DNA of 64,000 bases from contig OZ243972.1 in assembly GCA_965214705.1 (NCBI GenBank), forward strand, positions 3,648,001-3,712,000. The letters run 5' to 3'. Below, piece after piece: positions 36,141-46,289 of this stretch. How positions within the stretch are numbered: the stretch's first letter is position 1; each line of letters starts with the position of its first letter. Below the pieces are notes generated by a model. That model made no database searches, was not told where the DNA came from, and saw only the letters and a list, made by a program, of their open reading frames with translations. The DNA comes from Alphaproteobacteria bacterium (GTDB lineage Bacteria > Pseudomonadota > Alphaproteobacteria > UBA828). The translations under genes and the position numbers were made by a program.

Positions 36141-39100
36141 TCAGGCGTCGCCGTTCCCCAGAAGGCGATCGTAGTGCCCGGCGGTGCGGGCCGCGGTCTC
36201 GCGCATCGCCTCCTTGAGCGAATCGATGTTGGTCACGTCGCAGGCCCGCTCGATCACGGCGAGCAGCGCCGGCGGCGCCGTCGCTTCGACGAAGCCTTCT
36301 TCAACCGTCAGGCTCAGGATGCCGTGCAGGTTGCGCCATAGCGTCGACGCATCGGCGAGTTCCTGCGCCGCTTCGGGCTCGATCAGGCCGTGGTTGCCCG
36401 CAGCCTCGAAGACCGCGGCCGAGTTGCCGGCGAGAACGCCGTCGGTCTCCGCGGCATGCGACAGTTGCAGGTACTGCGCGACGAATTCCGTATCGAGCAG
36501 GCCGCCACGCTTCTGTTCGATCGCCCAGATATCTTCGTCTGCACTCTCGCCCCGCACCTCCTCGCGCAAGGTCGCGAGCTGGGCGGCGAGGTCTTCGGGC
36601 GGGGGCGCGTTTGCGAGCGCGGCGCGGCGCGCGTCCTCGAAACGCTCTCCCAGATCGCCTTCCGCCCAGACCACACGCGCGCGTGTGAGCGCTTGGTGCT
36701 GCCAGGCCGGAACGACTGCGCCGAAGTGCTCGATGAAGGCCTCGAGCGAGGTGACGATGGGCCCGGCGTTGCCGGACGGGCGCGGGCGCATGTCCACGTC
36801 GTAGAGCGTGCCCTCTGCCGTCGCTGCCCTGATCGCCGCGACGTAGCGCCGGCTCAGCTGCCCGTAATAGCGATCGGGTGCCAGCGCCTTGCGCCCGTCG
36901 GATTCCATCGCGTTCGCCGGGTGGTCGTAGACCAGCATGAGGTCGAGCGGCGACGTCACCGTCATTTCCCGACTGCCGAGGCGGCCCAACGCGACCACGG
37001 CGAGTTGGCCGCCGGGGACGCGGCCGTGGCTGGCCGCGAAGGACTTGGCGACGACGGGCCACGTCGCGTCGAGGCAGGCGTCCGCAATGTCGGAGAGAGG
37101 AGCCGCCGCCTCGACCGGGAAGAGCAGCCCGCGCAGCATGTGCACGCCGATGTGGAAGATCTTGTCGTTGGCCCAGCGCCGCTCGGCATCGAGGAAGTCC
37201 TGCAGGTCCCGCTCCCGCAGCGCGATGTCGCCGAGCTCGGCCTTCATTTCCTCGGTGCCGAACTCGCGCTGGTAGAACACGCGGACGAGGCCCCGCCGGG
37301 CGATGGTGGCGAGTTCCGGCCCTAGGTCGTCGGCATCCGGCACGTCCAGGTCGGAGAACTCCCGGCTCAGCACGCTGTCGAGCAGCATGGGTCGGTGCTC
37401 AAGCCAGCCCGCGAGGCGGGGCGCGGAACCCATGATCTCGGTGATCAGGTCGAACAGCTCGGGATGAGCGGCGAACATCGAGAAGAGGTGAGAGCCGGCC
37501 GGCAGGCGGGCGAGAAAGCCGTCGAAGAGAGCGAGCGCCGAATCGGGATCGGGCCAGGCGGCGAAGAGGTCCAGGATCGTCGGCAGCAACTCCGCCAGCC
37601 GCTCGCGGGCTTCCTCGCCGCGCACCGCCCGGTAGCGCCCCTCGTGCCAGGCCTTGAGCGTCTCGAACGCGCGCTCCGGATGGGCGTAGCCCATGCTGGC
37701 GAGAGTCTCTAGCGTGGCATCGCCATCACCGTCGGGACTGAGGTCGAGGGTGCCGGTCGCGGTGAGCGACGGCTCGTCCTCGAACAGCGTCGCGTAGTGA
37801 CGTTCCACCGTGCGCAGGTGGGCGAGCAGGGCCTCGGTGAAGTCGTCGAGACTGTCGTAGCCGAGGAACGTGGCCACCTGCGCCACGCCGTCCTCGTCGT
37901 CTGGCAGGCTGTGGGTCTGACGGTCGTCCGCCATCTGCAGCCGGTGCTCGACCGTGCGGTGGAAGGTGTAGGCTTCCATCAGCTCTTCCACCGCCTGGCG
38001 GCGCATGTGGCCGGCTTCCACCAGGAGGTCGAAGGCCTGCCGCGTCCCGCGCACCCGTAGCGCCGGGTCGCGCCCACCCCAGATGAGCTGCTGAGTCTGG
38101 GCCAGGAACTCGATCTCGCGGATACCGCCACGCCCGAGCTTGACATTGTGGCCGACCACGGCGATCTGGCCGATACCGCGGTGGGCGTCGATCTGGCGCT
38201 TGATCGCGCGGATGTTCTGGATTGCGGCGAAGTCGAGATGACGGCGCCAGACGAAGGGTTGCAGGCGGTCGAGGAAGCCGTTGCCAGCCTCGATGTCGCC
38301 GGCCACCGGCTTCGCCTTGATCATGGCGGCCCGCTCCCAGTTCTCGCCGGTGGTGGCGTAGTAGGCCTCGGCGGCACGGACCGAGAGAGCCGCGGCGGTG
38401 GAGGCGGGGTCGGGGCGGAGGCGGAGGTCGGTGCGGAAGACGTAGCCGTCCGCGGTCCGTTCGTCCATGATCGTGACCAGATGGCGGGCGAGGCGGGCGA
38501 AGATCTGCTGCAGCCCGTCGCCGCTCGGGTCGGACGCGATCTCCTCGTCGAAGAGGACGATGATGTCCACGTCGCTGGAATAGTTGAGCTCGCCCGCGCC
38601 GAGCTTACCCATGCCGAGGATGATGAGCCCGGAGCCCTGCTCGGGCACGTCCGGGTCGGGCAGCGCGAGCTTGCCGCGGTCGTGCAGGTTCCGCAGCAGG
38701 TGGGTGCAGACGGCGCTGAGCGTCACCGAGGCGATGTCGGAGAGCGCGCCGGTGACCCGCTCCAGCGGCCAGACCGCGGCGATGTCGGCCATGCCGATGG
38801 CGAGGCTGGCGCGGCGCTTCGCCACCCGCAGGCGCTTCATTATCTGCTGGCGTGATTCCTCGCCGAGGGCGCTGGTGTCCGCCGCCAGCGCGCGCGCAGC
38901 GGCGTAGGCGGCCTCCGCCCCCTGCTCGATCAGTATTTGCGCGAATTCCTGGTCGGCAGTGAGGCAATGGCTGAGGTAGCGGCTGTTGCCGAAGAGAGCC
39001 GCGAGCAGCGCGTTGGTGGTGGCGTCGGCTTCGCTCGCCTCGGCGAAAGCGATGAGGCCCGCGTCCTCGCTGCGGGCCGCGTTCTCGCGCCAGCGCTCCC

Positions 39101-39176
39101 AGCAAAGCGCGAGTGCCGCCTCGTCCGCAGGCAGGGGAGGCCGGGCCGCCTCCTTCCATTCAGGCGCTATGTTCAC
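36141..39176 (-). CDS. glnE: Glutamine synthetase adenylyltransferase/adenylyl-removing enzyme
   Basis: MGKLGAGELNYSSDVD, FRTDLRLRP, WERAAMIKA, VKLGRGGIREIEF; second nucleotidyltransferase domain degenerate. Confidence 0.93.
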   Translation of the reverse strand: MNIAPEWKEAARPPLPADEAALALCWERWRENAARSEDAGLIAFAEASEADATTNALLAALFGNSRYLSHCLTADQEFAQILIEQGAEAAYAAARALAADTSALGEESRQQIMKRLRVAKRRASLAIGMADIAAVWPLERVTGALSDIASVTLSAVCTHLLRNLHDRGKLALPDPDVPEQGSGLIILGMGKLGAGELNYSSDVDIIVLFDEEIASDPSGDGLQQIFARLARHLVTIMDERTADGYVFRTDLRLRPDPASTAAALSVRAAEAYYATTGENWERAAMIKAKPVAGDIEAGNGFLDRLQPFVWRRHLDFAAIQNIRAIKRQIDAHRGIGQIAVVGHNVKLGRGGIREIEFLAQTQQLIWGGRDPALRVRGTRQAFDLLVEAGHMRRQAVEELMEAYTFHRTVEHRLQMADDRQTHSLPDDEDGVAQVATFLGYDSLDDFTEALLAHLRTVERHYATLFEDEPSLTATGTLDLSPDGDGDATLETLASMGYAHPERAFETLKAWHEGRYRAVRGEEARERLAELLPTILDLFAAWPDPDSALALFDGFLARLPAGSHLFSMFAAHPELFDLITEIMGSAPRLAGWLEHRPMLLDSVLSREFSDLDVPDADDLGPELATIARRGLVRVFYQREFGTEEMKAELGDIALRERDLQDFLDAERRWANDKIFHIGVHMLRGLLFPVEAAAPLSDIADACLDATWPVVAKSFAASHGRVPGGQLAVVALGRLGSREMTVTSPLDLMLVYDHPANAMESDGRKALAPDRYYGQLSRRYVAAIRAATAEGTLYDVDMRPRPSGNAGPIVTSLEAFIEHFGAVVPAWQHQALTRARVVWAEGDLGERFEDARRAALANAPPPEDLAAQLATLREEVRGESADEDIWAIEQKRGGLLDTEFVAQYLQLSHAAETDGVLAGNSAAVFEAAGNHGLIEPEAAQELADASTLWRNLHGILSLTVEEGFVEATAPPALLAVIERACDVTNIDSLKEAMRETAARTAGHYDRLLGNGDA

Positions 39177-39244
39177 GGGCTCTCTCGGGCCATCATGGGT
39201 TTGCGCCCCGGATGACGGGGGCAGGTGAGGGGGAGGAATTCGAC

Positions 39245-40075
39245 ATGCCGAAGGTCATGGCCAACGGAATCAATATGTACTACGAGCTGATGGGCAAAGG
39301 CGACCCGTTGGCGCTGATCGGCGGCTCGCTTTTCGGGCGACAGAACTTCGCGATGGTATGGGAGGGGCTGGCCGAGGAGTTTCAGCTCATCAGCTACGAC
39401 CAGCGGGGCTACGGGCAGACTGACCGCCCCCTGATGCGCTACGACCTCGATATCTGGGCCGACGATCTGGCGGCGCTGCTCGACGAGCTTCAGATCGAGC
39501 GCGCGCACGTGATGGGCACCTCGGCCGGCGGCATGATCGCGCTGAAGTTCGCGGCGAAGTATCCCGACCGCTGCATCGGCGTGGTCAGCGACTGCGCGTT
39601 TGCGAAGTGCGACACCATGCGGCGCATCATGTTCCGCACCTGGCGCCACATGGCGCAGACCTGGGGCTGTGGCCCCGAGTTCGCCGATCACGTGGTGACC
39701 CAGGCGGTCGGCGCGGATTTCCTCGACGGGCCCAACGGCCAGCCGCTGATCGAGATGGTGCGCACCATCGTGGGGCTGAATGCGGTGGAGACCGTGGTCC
39801 AGGCCTGCATCGCCATGGAGGAGATGGACCTGCGCGAGGACTGCAGGAAGATCAGGAACCCGACGCTGGTGATCACGGCGGCGAAGGACATGCTGACCCC
39901 CATGGTGACCGGGCCTGAAGGCGCCGGCGCGCAATGGGTGGTGGACAACGTGCCGGGCTGCGAGGCGATCGTCTACGAGGACATCGGCCACGCCGACCTG
40001 GTCGAATGCCCGGAGAAGACCATCGCATCGGCCACCGCCTTCCTCCACCGCGCGAAGGAGACGGTGCTGAGCTAG
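39245..40075 (+). CDS. Alpha/beta-fold hydrolase
   Basis: YDQRGYGQT, GTSAGG nucleophile elbow, PTLVI...D, IGH. Confidence 0.88.
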   Translation: MPKVMANGINMYYELMGKGDPLALIGGSLFGRQNFAMVWEGLAEEFQLISYDQRGYGQTDRPLMRYDLDIWADDLAALLDELQIERAHVMGTSAGGMIALKFAAKYPDRCIGVVSDCAFAKCDTMRRIMFRTWRHMAQTWGCGPEFADHVVTQAVGADFLDGPNGQPLIEMVRTIVGLNAVETVVQACIAMEEMDLREDCRKIRNPTLVITAAKDMLTPMVTGPEGAGAQWVVDNVPGCEAIVYEDIGHADLVECPEKTIASATAFLHRAKETVLS

Positions 40076-40178
40076 GGGCGGTGGCGCGGCGCCGATACCG
40101 GCTGCGGTCACAACTGCGCTTTCCCGCGCTTGATGCGACGCGCCACGATGTGCATGTTTCGGCCAGAGGGGAAATGCC

Positions 40179-40376
40179 ATGCGAAAGAAGCTGAACGCAT
40201 CAGGGCCCGGGGGCCCGAGGTCCAGTTGTCACAGCAAGGCCTCTCCGGCGCTCGCGAACAAGGGAAGCACATCAACCAAGCCCAAGGCGCTCCGTGTTTC
40301 GTCGACTTCCCAGCGAGTGATCGAGAAGACCTCGGTCAAGCGGAGAGAGGCTATGAAGGCGCTGGCAAATCGGTAA
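40179..40376 (+). CDS. Putative antitoxin for the downstream Doc toxin
   Basis: 65 aa, basic; C-terminal [12 protein letters not shown] overlaps toxin start; TTGATG-N17-CATGTT upstream. Confidence 0.5.
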   Translation: MRKKLNASGPGGPRSSCHSKASPALANKGSTSTKPKALRVSSTSQRVIEKTSVKRREAMKALANR

Positions 40377-40755
40377 GAGGCATTACCGGGTAACGTGGGC
40401 CGATGCGGTTTATGGCCACGACGAGGCGCTGAAGGATGGCGGCAGACCTGGCCTTCTTAACGAACACGGCATTCTATCCGCGCTCGCTCGTCCTTATGAC
40501 GGTTACCATCGGCGGATACACGAAAAAGCGGCCGCTCTGCTTCACGGCGTCGTCTGCAATCATGGCTTCATGGATGCGAACAAGCGCACGGCTTTGTACT
40601 TGGTCGAGCTATTGGTGCAACGCAGCGGCTATGAATTCGTCGAAACTGACGAAGAAGTCGTCGAAACAATTCTCGCTGTTGCCAGGGGCGAAGTGGGATA
40701 CGAAGAACTGACTGCTTGGTTTAGGGAACGTATCGTTCGGATCGACCCGAAGTGA
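40369..40755 (+). CDS. doc: Fic/Doc family toxin (probable ATC start)
   Basis: Frame open from a TGA near 40354 to 40755; [24 protein letters not shown] (Doc HxFxDANKR). Confidence 0.8.
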   Translation: MGKRHYRVTWADAVYGHDEALKDGGRPGLLNEHGILSALARPYDGYHRRIHEKAAALLHGVVCNHGFMDANKRTALYLVELLVQRSGYEFVETDEEVVETILAVARGEVGYEELTAWFRERIVRIDPK

Positions 40756-40831
40756 CCGGTCCGGTGGCTGGCGTAGGCGGGCTGTGGTAGACAGCGGCCG
40801 ATGGAGTCCCCGGCCGGCTGGAGGAGCGGAT

Positions 40832-42118
40832 ATGGCGACGAACGGCTCCGGTGAGGGACGGCGCGAGAGCGTCGGTGTCAGGGTCGGCAGCGTTACGATC
40901 GGCGGCGGCGCGCCGGTCGTCGTCCAGTCCATGACCAACACCGACACCGAAGACGCCCGCGCCACGGCTGAGCAGGTCAGGGCGCTGGCCGATGCGGGCT
41001 CGGAGATCGTGCGTATCACGGTCAACACACCGGAGGCCGCCGCCGCAGTGCCCGACATTCGCGAGCGGCTGGAGGCGGCAGGCTGCCACGTGCCGCTGGT
41101 CGGCGACTTTCATTACAACGGCCATCGGCTTCTCACCGAGTATCCGGCCTGTGCCGAGGCTCTGGCCAAGTACCGGATCAATCCGGGCAACGTCGGCTTC
41201 CGCGAGAAGCGCGACCGGCAGTTCCAGACCATGATCGAGGTCGCGCTCAAGTACGACCGGCCGGTGCGCATCGGGGTCAACTGGGGCAGCCTCGACCAGG
41301 ATCTGCTGGCGCAGCTTATGGACGAGAACGCAGCCCGGCCCGAGCCCAAGGACGCCGCCGGGGTCATGCGCGAAGCGCTGGTCGAGTCGGGCCTGCGCAG
41401 CGCGGCGCTGGCCGAGGAGATCGGGCTCGCGCGGGAGAAGATCGTGATCTCGGCCAAGGTCTCGCAGGTGCAGGACCTGATCGCGGTCTACGGCGAGCTC
41501 GGCGCGCGCAGCGACTATGCGCTGCATCTCGGGCTTACCGAGGCGGGCATGGGCTCCAAGGGCATCGTCGCGTCCACCGCCGCGCTCTCGGTGCTGCTGC
41601 AGCAGGGCATCGGCGACACCATCCGCATCTCGCTCACGCCCGAGCCCGGCGGCGACCGCACCCAGGAGGTGATCGTCGCGCAGGAAATCTTGCAGACCAT
41701 GGGCTTCCGCTCGTTCGTGCCGCTGGTGGCGGCGTGTCCCGGCTGCGGGCGCACCACGAGCACGGTGTTCCAGGAGCTCGCCGAGCGCATCCAGGGCTAC
41801 GTGCGCCGGCAGATGCCGATCTGGCGCGAGACCTATGAGGGGGTCGAATCCATGCAGCTCGCGGTCATGGGCTGCATCGTCAATGGGCCCGGCGAGAGCA
41901 AGCATGCCGATATCGGCATCAGCCTGCCGGGGACCGGCGAGGCGCCGGCGGCGCCGGTCTTCATCGACGGCAAGAAGGCGGTGACGCTGCGCGGCGCGGG
42001 CATCGCCGAGGAATTTCAGAAGATCGTCGCCGACTACGTGGCCAGCCGTTATCCGCGTCGCGCCGGCGCGGGTGACGCGGACGGGGCAGGGGACGCCCAC
42101 CGGCAGCAGGCCGGCTAA
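40832..42118 (+). CDS. ispG: HMBPP synthase
   Basis: [49 protein letters not shown]. Confidence 0.96.
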   Translation: MATNGSGEGRRESVGVRVGSVTIGGGAPVVVQSMTNTDTEDARATAEQVRALADAGSEIVRITVNTPEAAAAVPDIRERLEAAGCHVPLVGDFHYNGHRLLTEYPACAEALAKYRINPGNVGFREKRDRQFQTMIEVALKYDRPVRIGVNWGSLDQDLLAQLMDENAARPEPKDAAGVMREALVESGLRSAALAEEIGLAREKIVISAKVSQVQDLIAVYGELGARSDYALHLGLTEAGMGSKGIVASTAALSVLLQQGIGDTIRISLTPEPGGDRTQEVIVAQEILQTMGFRSFVPLVAACPGCGRTTSTVFQELAERIQGYVRRQMPIWRETYEGVESMQLAVMGCIVNGPGESKHADIGISLPGTGEAPAAPVFIDGKKAVTLRGAGIAEEFQKIVADYVASRYPRRAGAGDADGAGDAHRQQAG

Positions 42119-42155
42119 GGCGTCCCAGCCGCCGCCGGCTACTCCCCAAGCAAGC

Positions 42156-43268
42156 GTGGACGCCGCGGCCCTCCGGCCTGACCGCCGCGGCGGCGTCGCG
42201 CCCGAACGGATCGCGCGCAGCCGCCGCGCCGTCGCCCACTGGCTGCTGGCGCTTGCCGGACTGGTGCTCGCGATGGTCGTGCTCGGCGGAATCACGCGGC
42301 TCCACCACGCGGGCCTTTCGATCGTGGACTGGCGGCCGCTGGTGGGCGTGCTACCGCCCTTCGGCGAGGAGGCGTGGCAGGCGCTCTTCGCCGACTACCA
42401 GCGCTTCCCCGAGTACCAGGAAATCAATCGGGGCATGACCCTCACCGAGTTCAAGGGAATCTTCTGGCTGGAATATGCGCACCGATTGCTGGGGCGCATC
42501 GTCGGCATTGCGTTTGCGCTGCCCTTCATCTGGTTCCTGTTCCGGCGCACCTTCGACTGGCCGCTGGGTCTCAAGGTGCTGGCCATCGGTATCCTCGGCG
42601 GGCTCCAGGGGCTGCTCGGCTGGTACATGGTCCAGAGCGGGCTGGTGGATCGGCCCGACGTGAGCCCCTACCGGCTTGCCGCTCATCTCGGACTCGCCGT
42701 GGCGATCTACGGGTGCCTGATCTGGGTCGCGCTCGGTCTACTGACGGGCGGTGGGGTCCAGCATGTACGCCATGCAGGGCGATGGCGCGGCGCCGTCTGG
42801 GCGGCCACGGGACTGGTGTTCCTGACGATCATCTCGGGCGCCTTCGTCGCCGGCAACGACGCGGGCCTCGCCTACAACACGTTTCCGCTGATGGCCGATG
42901 CCATCGTGCCGCCGGACATCTTCCTGATCGAGCCGTTGTGGCGGAACTTCTTCGAGAACGTGCCGCTGGTGCAGCTCGATCACCGCCTGCTGGCGATGCT
43001 GACCGCGCTGGTCGTGATCCTGGTCTGGGCCGCTGCGCTGCGCTGGATGGGGCCCGCGCCCGCGCGGGCAGCGTTTCACGCCGCGGCCGGGACAGTGCTC
43101 GGCCAGTTCGCGCTCGGGATCGCCACGCTGCTCACCTTCGTGCCGGTGCCGCTCGGCGCGGCGCACCAGGTGGGCGCGATGGCGGTGTTCACGGCGATCC
43201 TGGTCGCGCTTCGCCTGCTGTATCCGGTGCGGGCGACTCCGCCTCCTGCGCCGCCTTCCGGCCCTTGA
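42156..43268 (+). CDS. ctaA: Heme A synthase (COX15/CtaA)
   Basis: GGITRL, EYAHRLLGR, GWYMVQSGL, RLAAHL, HQVGA; start uncertain (42072 or 42156). Confidence 0.92.
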   Translation: MDAAALRPDRRGGVAPERIARSRRAVAHWLLALAGLVLAMVVLGGITRLHHAGLSIVDWRPLVGVLPPFGEEAWQALFADYQRFPEYQEINRGMTLTEFKGIFWLEYAHRLLGRIVGIAFALPFIWFLFRRTFDWPLGLKVLAIGILGGLQGLLGWYMVQSGLVDRPDVSPYRLAAHLGLAVAIYGCLIWVALGLLTGGGVQHVRHAGRWRGAVWAATGLVFLTIISGAFVAGNDAGLAYNTFPLMADAIVPPDIFLIEPLWRNFFENVPLVQLDHRLLAMLTALVVILVWAAALRWMGPAPARAAFHAAAGTVLGQFALGIATLLTFVPVPLGAAHQVGAMAVFTAILVALRLLYPVRATPPPAPPSGP

Positions 43269-43953
43269 CGAAGCGCTTGATCAGTCGTGGCATGAAGCCG
43301 ATCAGGCCGAGCACGGCGAGGCCGAGCAGGGCGTTCTGAACCAGATCGCCGTCGCCGGTGGCGAGCGAGCGCCCGGCGTGGCCGAGGTAGGCGTAGGCTG
43401 CCGCGCCCGGCGCCATGAAGACGACTGACGCCAACGCATAGGCCACGAGGCGGATGCGCGTGAGCCCCAGCGCGTAGTTGAGCGCGTTGAAGGGAATGAA
43501 GGGGATCAGCCGGGTCATGGCGACGAAGCGCCAGCCTTCGTCCTCAACGCCTTCGATCACCCGCTGCACCCGCGCCGGCGTGCGCGCGGCGATCCAGTCG
43601 GCCAGCACGTAGCGGGCCACGAGGAATGCGATGGTCGCGCCCACCGTCGCGCCGATCAGGGCGATGAGCGTGCCGACATAGGGGCCGAAGAGCGCGCCGG
43701 CCGCGAGCGTGAACAGCAGGCCGGGCAGGAAGAGCACCGTGGCAAGCACATAGGCGAGGAAGAAGACCGCCGGCGCCCAGGGGCCGAAGCCGGTGATCCA
43801 GGCTTCCAGTGCCGCCGAATCAATGCTGTCCCGATTCATCACGGCGACGACGATGCCCGCGATAACAACGGCCAGCAGCAGAAGGCGCGGCAGCGCCTTG
43901 CGCAGGCGCTGGAGGCGGGGGATTTGGGGGGAGGTGCTCACAGTCGTGGTCAT
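43189..43953 (-). CDS. TVP38/TMEM64 (DedA/VTT) membrane protein
   Basis: GALFG, GATIAFLVARY, RLIPFIPFNALNYALGLT. Confidence 0.9.
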   Translation of the reverse strand: MTTTVSTSPQIPRLQRLRKALPRLLLLAVVIAGIVVAVMNRDSIDSAALEAWITGFGPWAPAVFFLAYVLATVLFLPGLLFTLAAGALFGPYVGTLIALIGATVGATIAFLVARYVLADWIAARTPARVQRVIEGVEDEGWRFVAMTRLIPFIPFNALNYALGLTRIRLVAYALASVVFMAPGAAAYAYLGHAGRSLATGDGDLVQNALLGLAVLGLIGFMPRLIKRFVKGRKAAQEAESPAPDTAGEARPGSP

Positions 43954-45185
43954 GCGCGAACTCCTTCTGCGGCCGGTGCCGCAGCACGATCGAGACCGAA
44001 AAGGGGGCGCAGGCGCGCGCCGAGCGCCGCGCCGGGAAGGGCGGCCAGCAGCCAGAGCCAGCCGTGCACGCTGCCTGAGGCGATGCCGCTGAAGAGGGCA
44101 CCGATGTTGCAGCCGAAGGCCAGCCGCGCACCGTAGCCGAGCAGCAGGCCGCCGATCACTGCGCTCGCCACCGCGCCGAGGGTAAGCCGGCTGCGGGCGG
44201 CGAAGCGGCCGGCGAGCGCAGCACCCAGCAGCGCGCCCAGAATCAGGCCCACGTTCATTACCGAAACCGTGTCATGCGCGACTCCGGCCTCGAGCTTTCG
44301 CGCCGGGCCCGGCCATTGCCAGAAGGTCCAGTCGGCGATGCCGAAGCCCAGGGCATCGGCCAGCGAGGCGCCCCAGAGCGCGAAGCCCCAGGTGACGCTC
44401 CACGGATGGCCCGCGATCAGCAGCGTCGCGATATTGAGGAGCGCCAAGGCGAGCGCGCCCCAGGCGAGCGGCCAGCCGCCATGCAGCAGGCGCTCGCGCC
44501 AGTCGCCGGCGGCGCCCCATACTAGCGGTTCGTGGGTGCCGTGGCGCCGCCGCTCCAGGTAGAGCGCGCCCAGCACAAGGAGACCGATGGCGGCAAGCTG
44601 AACGGCGAGGCCCGCCGGCCAGCCAAGCGAGTTGGGGATGGAGAGCGCGGGAAGGCGCGGCTGATCGAGCCACCAGGGCAGGTGCGCCGTGCCGATCACC
44701 GAGCCTGCGATGAAGGCGCCAAGCGTGATCGCCATGCGAAGGCTGCCGGTGCCGGCGCCGCTCAAGGTGCCGGAGGCGCAGCCGCCGCCGAGCTGCATGC
44801 CGATGCCGAACAGGAAGGCCCCGAGCGCAACGGAGACTCCGACGGGCGCCAGCGCGCCGCCGAGCCCCTGGCCGAACGCGCTGCCGCCGGCGAGCAGCGG
44901 TGCGAACGCGATGCTTGCTGCGGCGATCATCAGGAGCTGCGCCCGCACGCCCGCGCCGCGGCGGTCCACGAGAAACCGGCGGGTCGACGAGGCGAAGCCG
45001 AAGAGCGCGTGATGGAGCGCGAGCCCCGCCAGCCCGCCTACGACCAGCAGCGCGGCAAGCCGGCCGTCCACCGTGACGGCGAGTGCGACGACGCCGGCCG
45101 CGATCAGCGCTCCCGCCACGGCCACCACCGCAACCTGCGGTCGTGTTGAGGGCATAGCGGCGGCCGTTGGCATGGCGGTGCTCAT
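43950..45185 (-). CDS. YeeE/YedE sulfur-compound transporter
   Basis: FGIGMQLGGGCASG and GYGARLAFGCNIG. Confidence 0.9.
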   Translation of the reverse strand: MSTAMPTAAAMPSTRPQVAVVAVAGALIAAGVVALAVTVDGRLAALLVVGGLAGLALHHALFGFASSTRRFLVDRRGAGVRAQLLMIAAASIAFAPLLAGGSAFGQGLGGALAPVGVSVALGAFLFGIGMQLGGGCASGTLSGAGTGSLRMAITLGAFIAGSVIGTAHLPWWLDQPRLPALSIPNSLGWPAGLAVQLAAIGLLVLGALYLERRRHGTHEPLVWGAAGDWRERLLHGGWPLAWGALALALLNIATLLIAGHPWSVTWGFALWGASLADALGFGIADWTFWQWPGPARKLEAGVAHDTVSVMNVGLILGALLGAALAGRFAARSRLTLGAVASAVIGGLLLGYGARLAFGCNIGALFSGIASGSVHGWLWLLAALPGAALGARLRPLFGLDRAAAPAAEGVRA

Positions 45186-45244
45186 GGAATTGACTATTGG
45201 GCGCGTGCCGGGCGCGCGCCAATAACATTATCTTGAGGGTGCTA

Positions 45245-46114
45245 TTACCAAACGAACGTCGAAAGCGCCTTACTCGGCCTGACCCCCGCCGCCCGGCAGG
45301 CCTCCTCCAAGGCGCGGGCGCTCGGCGCCTCTCCCGGCGCGAGGTCGAGCGCGTCGGCCAGCAGGCCGCCGGTAATCAGGAGCGAATCGAGGCCGGCGGC
45401 GGCAGCGCCGGCGATATCGGTGGCGAGGCCGTCGCCGACCGCAAGTACGCCGGACGGTGGAAGGCCGAGCTTGTCCATCGTCAGGTCGTAGACGTCTGGA
45501 TAGGGCTTGCCGAAGTAGCGCACACGGCCGCCGAGTTCTTCGTAGCGGGCGGCAAGCGCACCGGCGCAGGGCTCCTGGACTCCAAGCCGGATCACGACAA
45601 GGTCGGGATTGACGCAAATCATGGGCAAGTCGCGGGCGACTGCGGCTTGCAGGATCGGCTCATGGGCTTTCACCGTGTTGCAGCCGTCGTCGAGGCCGAT
45701 GCCGAGCAGAAATTCCGCCTCAGCGATGTCAGCGGCAGGGGTATAGCCCAGCCCGTCGATCACGTCGTCGGACCAGGGTGGCCCAAGCAGGTGGTAGCGG
45801 GTGCCGAGCCCGTCAGCAGCGGGGTGCGAGCGGTCGGCGAGCGCCTGCCGCGTGGCATCGCCCGAAGCGACCACGGCGTCGTAGAGCGTCCCATCGACCC
45901 CCTTGCCGTTGAGCACGGCTTCGACCTGATGAGCGAGCCGCGGCGCGTTGGAGAGGAACACCACCCGCTTGCCGGCCTCGCGCAGCCGACGAACGCAGGC
46001 GACCGCCTCGGGGTAGGCCGGTCCACCTTGGTGCATCACGCCCCAGACATCGAGGATATAGCCGTCATAATCCGCCGCGAGCGCGGCCAGGCCGGGAACG
46101 ATTGGAATCGTCAT
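45245..46114 (-). CDS. HAD-superfamily class IIA hydrolase
   Basis: LDVWGV, LSNAPR, NPD, GKPY, VGDGLATDI. Confidence 0.9.
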   Translation of the reverse strand: MTIPIVPGLAALAADYDGYILDVWGVMHQGGPAYPEAVACVRRLREAGKRVVFLSNAPRLAHQVEAVLNGKGVDGTLYDAVVASGDATRQALADRSHPAADGLGTRYHLLGPPWSDDVIDGLGYTPAADIAEAEFLLGIGLDDGCNTVKAHEPILQAAVARDLPMICVNPDLVVIRLGVQEPCAGALAARYEELGGRVRYFGKPYPDVYDLTMDKLGLPPSGVLAVGDGLATDIAGAAAAGLDSLLITGGLLADALDLAPGEAPSARALEEACRAAGVRPSKALSTFVW

Positions 46115-46289
46115 CGGACGCCCTTGTCCCATCCGCCGCGCCGATTTGCAAAGTGCGCCGGTGGAAGGGCGGCGTTTGAGGGATGCACCAAACGCATCGG
46201 TGGCCTGCGACGGACGCGGTTTTCCTCTCTCGGGAACCGCTCTAGAGTGTTATGGGCGCGAGGCCAATGACAGAAAAGGGAGGGTGGTC

